In this document: positions 56,701-64,000 of the stretch, in pieces
Position numbering within the stretch: the stretch's first letter is position 1
How the letters are laid out: every line of letters starts with the position of its first letter
Source: Amphiscolops sp. MND2022
Taxonomy: Eukaryota
DNA: 64,000 bases
NCBI GenBank assembly: GCA_964187785.1
Contig: OZ076409.1
Span: 53,074,001 to 53,138,000, forward strand
Direction: 5' to 3'
Notes under the pieces: model-generated
Seen by the model: the letters and a program-made list of their open reading frames with translations, nothing else
The model's database searches: none
What the model was told of the DNA's origin: nothing
Made by a program: the position numbers and the translations under genes

Positions 56701-59700
56701 ACTTGGATGGTCTCTCTGTGGACCACTTCTACAGCAAGAAGCTGTCCAGATGACTGCATCTTGCGTAACTGCGTCTGAAGATGATGTGCTGGCAGAACAG
56801 ACTGAAACTTGGTGGGACATTGAATCCTACGCATCCCGCTGCGATGTATCTGGAAGGTCCAAGGACAATGAGAAAGCGTTGCAGATGCTAGAACAAACCA
56901 CAAAGTTTGATGGTGAAAGATACGAAGTTGACTTTCTCTGGAAAAGAAGGGACCCCTTCTTGCCGAACAATTTTTTGTCAGCATTGAGCCAAATGAAATC
57001 GTTAGAGTATTGACTTGAAAAGCAACCGGAATTGACGAAACTTTATCAAGACACCATCAAAGTAGATGTTGAGAAGGGCTTCGTCAAAATCCTAAAGCAG
57101 GAAGAGTTAGAAGCTACAAAATTGGAAAGACAATGGTATGTTCCACATCAACCAGTTAAAAATCCAAACAAACCAGCAAAAGTGAGGCAAGTGTGCAACG
57201 CAGCCGCCAAATTCCGTGGAATTTCCTTCAACGATAACCTCTTGACAGGACCGGACTTACTGCAGAATCTGATGGAATAATCTGCAGGTTCAGAGAACTA
57301 AAGATCGCGATCACCGCTGACATTGAGGCGATGTTCCTACAAAAGAAAGTACCGTCGGAAGGTTGTAAAGTGTTGCGATTTCTACGGAGAGACAATCCAA
57401 ATGAACCCGTTAAGTTGTGTGAGTATGGAAGACATATCTTCGGAGCAAAAAGTTCGCCAACTTGCGCTATTTATGCTCTGCAACAAGTTGGAAAAGATAA
57501 CGCACAAGAGTTCCCACAAATTACAAACTGATAAGGCGAAATTTTTATATGGATGACTTTGTCAAGTCTGTTCCCAGCGCTAAGCAGGCTATTGAAATCT
57601 ACAAATTGTTGCGAGCAATGTTGGCAAAGGGAGGCTTTCATTTGACAAAACGGATTAGCAACTGGGAACAGACTTTGACGTCTATCGACCAAGCAGACAA
57701 GTCACCGTCCCCTAGTAAAACCTTTGAAGCTGAGCCGACTTCTCCATTCATCTTGGGACTGCAATGGAACATTGACGCAGACACTCTGGAAGTCTGTAGA
57801 GGCATGCAGAAGGAGATACCTGTAAAGATAACGCAGAGATCGGTGTTATCCCATGTTTCAACACTATTCGTTCTTCTGGGAATAGTGTCTCCTTTTACTG
57901 TCAGAATGCGACTGCTACTGAAATCAATATGGATTGAGAATCGCCAGTCGTGGGATAAAGAACTGAATAAAAAAATCCGACATGGATTCAAGAAATGGGC
58001 AAAAGAGATTACTCATGTGAATCAAATGGTTCTTAGAAGAACATACTTCGAGTCTGGAGTGAACAAAATTTATCTACAAATCTTCTCAGACGCTTCGTTG
58101 GAAGCAATGTGTATGGCTGTTTATTTGAGAAAACAATATAATGGCGAAGTCATCTTTGTGATCGGAAAATGCAGAGTAGCTCCAATAAGAAACATGACAG
58201 TGGCTGGGTTGGAGATACAGACTGCAGTTTTTGGAGTAAGACTGCGGAAATTTTTTTGGAAGAACAAGATATTGAAGTAGACCGAATTGTACAGATTGAA
58301 CAACGGTCCAACAATGGCTTCACGAAGTAACAACAAGCGACCGGTCTTTGTAGCGAACAGAGTTGCAGAAAGTCTCGAAAATTCAACTATCGATCAGTGG
58401 CGGCATGTTGAAGGAAAACTAAACCCCGCTGATATTGGAACTCGAGGAATGGCAGTCGAAGCCTTGAAGGAGAGTGAGTGGCTCACAGGGCCAGCGTGGC
58501 TCACCGCGACAGAGGGCGCCTGGCCTAAAGCGCCTGAAAAAATGCAATTCAGCATTCAAGAGGAGCAAGAACCAGTCATGGAAGCTGCTGTAATGGAACC
58601 CTCATTCGAATGGGAAAGATTCGGGTCTTTCAAGAAAATGATTCGATTGCTGTCATACTGTCTAAGGTGGAAGAAAAGGACTTCTGGAGAAATGCTGACA
58701 GTTGAAGAACTCAATGCGGCAAAGCTGGCAATTCTGAAACGTTGTCAGAAGGAAATATTTCATGAGGGCTAAGAAAAGATCTCCAAAGGGCAGCCGTTGC
58801 CGGCTTCAGATCACTTGAATAAATTATCGCTGTTTCCAGATCAAAATGGATTGCTGCGACCACGAGGTCGACTGCAGCACTAAAAATCAAGGTATGAGGT
58901 CAAACACCTGATCTTGTCAGCAAAGCGTTCTGTTGTCAACAAGTTGATTTAAAATGCTCAGCAAGCGAGTTTTCATGAAGGAACAGAATACGTCAGAAGT
59001 GTTCTGAGCCAAGAATTTTGGATTATTGGATTGCGAAATGCTTTGAGGAACGTCAAAGCGAAGTGTGTCAAATGTAGAAAGCAACCAGCTGGAGTGCCTC
59101 AACCATTGATGGCTGATTTACCCCGAGAAAGATTGCAGGAACGAATGCTCCCCTTTACCAACACTGGAGTTGATTATTTCGGTCCCTTTGAAGTGAAGTT
59201 AATGCGCAAGACCATGAAGAGATGGGGTCGTCTCTTCAAATTTTTTGACGACTGGAGCAGTACACATTGAAGTTGTTCCATCTTTGAAAGCAGAGACCTG
59301 CTTAACTGCTATTTTACTGATGACTTGGAAGCCTTGACACCAAATCAGTTCTTATTGTGAAGAGCTAGTTTAGCCACACCATTCCTACCAGACGCTCAAC
59401 GTTATACAGATTTGAGACGAGTATTTCGAGTGTCGCAAGCTTATTCAGATATGATTTGGACCAGATGGACTAAAGAATATCTGCCGGAATGGAATGTGTG
59501 TAATAAATGGAACAAAGATGATGTGAGACAACTGAAGGTGAATGATTTGGTTTGGGTCGTGGATGAAAATGTGAAGCGGTCCAACTATAAGCTGGCGAGA
59601 GTACTGGAAGTACAAGAAGGAAGCGATGGCAGATTCAGGTCTGCGACAGTTGTGACAAAAGATGTCAAACTGAAGAGACCAGTGATAAAACTGGCACCTA

Positions 59701-59798
59701 TCTTCTGCGAAAGTGTTTTTCGGGCGGAAAAGAGGGCCGGCGATGTTGGCGCTAGTCACCAGCAGGCAAAGAAAGTTGATTCAGAACATGCTGGTTAA
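53744..59798 (+). pseudogene. BEL-C gag-pol, many stops and frameshifts, integrase core deleted near 59315
   Basis: CDSGAS protease; WYVPH..V.NPNK and GPDLL; YMDD; IFSDAS; NPADIGTRG; GVDYFGP. The sequence then jumps from the start of the IN core to DDLEALTPN, lacking SDNG and GG.WE. Confidence 0.9.
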
Positions 59799-62198
59799 GA
59801 AACAAGAACTTAAACTCTTTAAAACTTGGATAAAATTTTGATGAAGAGTCGAGGGGGACCAAATCGGGAACCAGTCGGGATTTTCTCGACAACTATTAAC
59901 TGTGGAGACATGAAACTCGGCACACATATGCAGACACCTAACAGGGACACACCGGCCAAGTTTCAAGGTCATCCACCTATTTTAACCCCCTTTACTCCTC
60001 ATGTGTGTGGTATTCAAGGTCATTGAGCCAAAATGGAAACATTGCTATTTACCCGTATGACCCACGTAGCATGTAACTGTTGAAAGTGACCATATTTACA
60101 TTGTGTAAACATGCTTTAGAACCCACCTAACTATTGTGTCAAAAGCACCACATAGTTGGTTTACTTAGCCAATAGCTTCATTTTACGCTTTAAATGTCAT
60201 TTATTTATACTTCATATTTTGACCAGTATTTATCGAATAATTGTAAATGATATGTATACCATAACTAGTTAGGCAGAAATTGATTGGAAAGCTGTATTAA
60301 AGTCGGGTCTCAGGACCACACATATTCTCAATTCATTTCGTCACCTCTTTCCGACTCTTCGTCAAAGACTAAGGGCGACTAAGTTGGTTACTCTCAACTT
60401 GTGGAGAGTTGGACGCGTTAAGAGACAAGGAAGAAGTGCAATTCGTGATCATTGGATCTTCTTAAGTCAAGATACAGTCCTTTTAATCTAAGAGGCAAGC
60501 AGTGTTCGGTAACGGTCCGCAGTGTCGAGCACCGACTTCAGGGCGGCATGAAGTTTGGTCAATTGAAGGGATCAAGCAGCCGTTATTAGAACTATATTAG
60601 AACTATCGAAAGTTAGGTTTTTAGTCCGACAGGCCAGCTGGAAGTAGAGATTTTTCTTTGGAAGAAAGTAGACGTGTATTTCCACAAAGAATCAGATAGG
60701 AGAAATTTAAAACATTCACGAGAACGATGGCAGTCTTCAAGAGACAAATAAAATCACTGAAAACATGGGAATGTGAAATCGTGAAACTGTTTATGGCAAA
60801 CAATGTTATCAAATATTAACAATTTAGTGCATCGTGTGACAGACAGATTATAAATAGTTGTGTTACGCGTATCTTGCTTTGGCTTCCCTTGATAAGTAAT
60901 AATCCTAGACGTACAGATGCAACGTCTATCAGTCTAGTGACCAAACAAAGCCTTAAATTTGCTCTAAAAACAGCATGAAATTGACCGGTTAGGGGGCTAC
61001 TAGAAATCAGTCAGGAAGACGGAAAAAGAGACAGCACACCCGACACACCCCGTGAACCCTCTGAGAACATCCAGAGAACACACGAAAACCCTGAAAAAAA
61101 GAACAAACGAAAACACACTGTCAAAGAGCGAAATCACGAGTGTGCATTTAAAAGATGCTGATTCCACTCGGTGAAACTCAGAAACTTTTATGTAACAGTA
61201 ATGTTTTATACAGTGTATGGAACATCTCACAAATCAAAGCCTGGCACTTTGATTTCATTTTTGTTTGCTTTTCCGGAAGTGTGGTCGATCGCGCATTGGT
61301 TATCTGCAAATGTTGGATGTCATGTTCTCACCTGATTTAGCCAAAAAACGTATTTCAGCTGTATGCCATTTTCGGACCTCGAAAGCAAGTCTCAAGTATC
61401 CTAGAAATACGTTTTTACGTGCTCGTTGGACCTGTCTGAATTTGGAGTGTGCCAGCATGTCTCCTCGGAGCTCTGAAATGAGTCTCCTCTACTTATGACA
61501 AGGACCCCCAGGAGAACATTTTTTGGGTACAAAGTGGTGTTCAGGCTTCTGTAAAGACTATGATCTTCTATCCAAGCAACCCAAGCATAGTTCCAGCTCT
61601 AGAAAGTTCCCCTCTTATGGGGGCTCTAAGAATCTACGAGGATCAGGTACCAATCTAAATGAAGACACTGAGTCATTGTATGTGATGACTACTAACTTAG
61701 TCGACTACTAACTTATTGAATATTTGAATGATAGGAGAATCAAAGCACCCAAGTGGCTCCCTAAAATCGTTCAGATACTAACATGTTTTATTGAAATTTG
61801 AAACAAGTCACCCAGACTGCTTTCCGCCCCGAACTTTTCCAACGATGGCGACTTCGTGAGGCTCAAAAGTAGCCAAGAAAACTAGACAGATCTTCATTTC
61901 GAGCACTTGTTGCGGAACAAACAGGCAAAAATTGCACATAATAAAAATCTCTAATTATTGTAGTTACATTCTACTGAAAACTTTATAATTTTAATGTAAA
62001 TCCTTGGAATTGGTAAACTTAGGTTAGTGAGTTGGGTATAGCTGAGTTTTGTTTTATGTAGGCGCTTTTCTTCGTATTTTTTTCATCGATACACCTGAAT
62101 TGTCCAAAATAGTTCTACCAAAAGTTATTCAATTTTGGCAATGTCCCTTTTGGCAATCTACTTTCTAGATTTGAGCTGTAAAAAGCGCTAAGGAAACA

Positions 62199-62312
62199 TC
62201 TTAGACAATAAAACAACACATACTGGACTTAACGACTTAACATACTGGATATAACGAATTCCGAATTTATACGATTGCGTTAAGTCCGGTATGAGTTGTT
62301 TCATTGTCAAGA
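62199..62312. repeat. Inverted repeat / fold-back (arms about 31-35 bp)
   Basis: gacaataaaacaacacatactggacttaacg (62204-62234) versus the reverse complement of 62278-62308, gacaatgaaacaactcataccggacttaacg: 28/31 identical. Confidence 0.8.
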
Positions 62313-64000
62313 GTCCGAAAGGGTTGTCCGAAAACTAAGAACTGGAAGATTACAAATCTCAAACAAAAGTGAACAGTGGCAACAATGACGTAGAAAGTTC
62401 ACGACGTAATCACTATGACTTAGGAAAATTTCCCAATAAAGTGGTGACACTTATATCCTTTTGGAGAGACGAACGTACAGAAAGGTTTGTTCCCGGCAGA
62501 TGCTACATTTTTCTCTTTCTTACAATTAAATCCACATTCAGACTATTTACGTTCCGCTGAGCCGAAGAGCCATGATGTAAAATCTTTTTGTGGCGATGCT
62601 GTCACATTGCCAAGAATCATGCCTCTGGTGGACTTAGATTCCAGTTTCAGAAAAAGTTAAGTAAATGACGTTGTTTCAACGGACCTTGTGACTACATTTG
62701 TCTTGAGATGCTCAATCCTCCTCATTGTTGAATTCTTTGAATCATCTGATCTTTCAACTTGAGCGAAAGAGACAGCAATTGAAATTTCGGTCAACAGATG
62801 AGTTGGTGCAGCTTAAGCCGATGGTTGAGTTGATGGACGGCTGAAAAGACCTGGAACACTCCGACTTCGACAGTTACGAACATTGCCTTCTCCACGGTGC
62901 TTTGCCGATTTGCTTTAGGGTAATTGTTGCTATGTCAGGGCTGTTTGAAGCAGCAAGAAACCTTTAGTGAACCTTTTTCTAGATTGTTTGTTGGCTTTTT
63001 GTTTCTCTTCTGCATTCCATGAAGTTTTACGGGTGAGTTGTTGTCAACAAGCAGTGACTCTATATGTTGATCCAAAGAATTTCCGTATGACGCCACCGAT
63101 GAAGAATGTAGTGGATGCGTGGAACGATGATAAAAGAAAATTTTAGGACTTGATTCTTTTCATATGGAGGCAAAATGCAATTCTTTTTTCTTTGGGACAC
63201 TTTTTTCCTTATTGAAGTTGCAGAGCTTGCGTGTAGTTTTTTTCAGCTCGCTGACTTTTATAGCGCATGGAAAAAGAAGTTCACTTCCTGCCTTTCTCTT
63301 ACCGGGCGTTTCAGTGTAACAGTTTGATATCTCCATTGCGTCCAGCGGTAGTTTCTCAACGTCATATGGTTTAGACTAGTCTTCGAGCCCAGGTATTACA
63401 GGGCGCACCATTACAACGTTTCGAAATTGATGTTTCGCTGCAATCAGTACCCCATATGTCGCTTCCACGTCTTGAACAACGTTTATGATAAGAATATTTT
63501 TTTCAATGATCTAAAAGGATATAATTTTTGCTACTGAAACCAAAACGAAATCGGGACTGAGTGAAACAAGATGCCAAGAGACAAAACAGATGCCGTTTTG
63601 AGGCGTTGAAATGAATTCAACCGGAAGATTATATCATATAGTTTTTCTATATTCATATCGTGACTTTTTTCAGTTTTCTTTGACGAAATGATAAACACTT
63701 TGTTGAACAAAGAAATCGAAACTGGGACCAGTCTCTTGCCTCCTAGCCAAAACGAATAAACAATTCCTGCTGATGAAGTTTTAGCCAACCAGCTGCGTTT
63801 AAAATGGAATTCAAACTGAAATATATTTCTAGATTCTGAACTTTTCAATGCTTTGACGGTTGGATGACAAATATATCAAATTCGAGAAGGAAAAATCAAA
63901 ATGCTGGAGCTGAAACGTTCAAAAAAGGGAGCACTCGAAACTTCCGTTTCCGATCAGTCTCTGGGAAAATTGAGGCAGTTCTTTTTAAAAAGAATCGAAA

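Larger units (their letters stand above)
52674..60585 (+). mobile_element. Decayed BEL/Pao element (BEL-C), same LTR family as BEL-N
   Basis: 5' LTR 52674-53516 (TGTTGGCGCC...CCGTTACA) and 3' LTR 59744-60585 (terminal CA missing). PBS TGGTCCGCCGACCCGGAC at 53519-53536. No matching TSD. Confidence 0.92.

Noticed and set aside
62560..63510. Coding-like - strand stretch
   Set aside because: No long open frame and no recognisable domain. It may be a decayed gene or TE.

Overview
Eukaryotic (animal-like, AT-rich, intron-containing) DNA that is mostly nested transposons. The only recognisable host gene is three spliced + strand exons of a FAM161-family (UPF0564) protein at 3.2-6.6 kb. (1) A truncated Gypsy 5' remnant on the - strand (0.3-2.8 kb) carries an array of five covarying hairpins. 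(2) Gypsy-A (8713-23798, -) is very young and intact, with a single 3091-aa Gag-Pol that has an apparent pseudo-protease plus an active protease and ends in two degenerate TARG1/OARD1-like macrodomains; it sits in a Helentron/HINE-like element. (3) Gypsy-B (26067-48256, +) is an old Mag-like element. Its 5' LTR holds a decayed BEL/Pao element (26116-35448, itself containing a HINE), and its pol holds a LINE fragment, which holds a very young non-autonomous BEL derivative (39643-44776, -) with an intact 892-aa ORF and a tandemly amplified PBS. (4) A decayed BEL of the same LTR family lies at 52674-60585 (+). There is a 200-N gap at 38367-38566. No rRNA, bona fide tRNA or CRISPR was seen. All domain calls come from reading motifs by eye, not from database searches.
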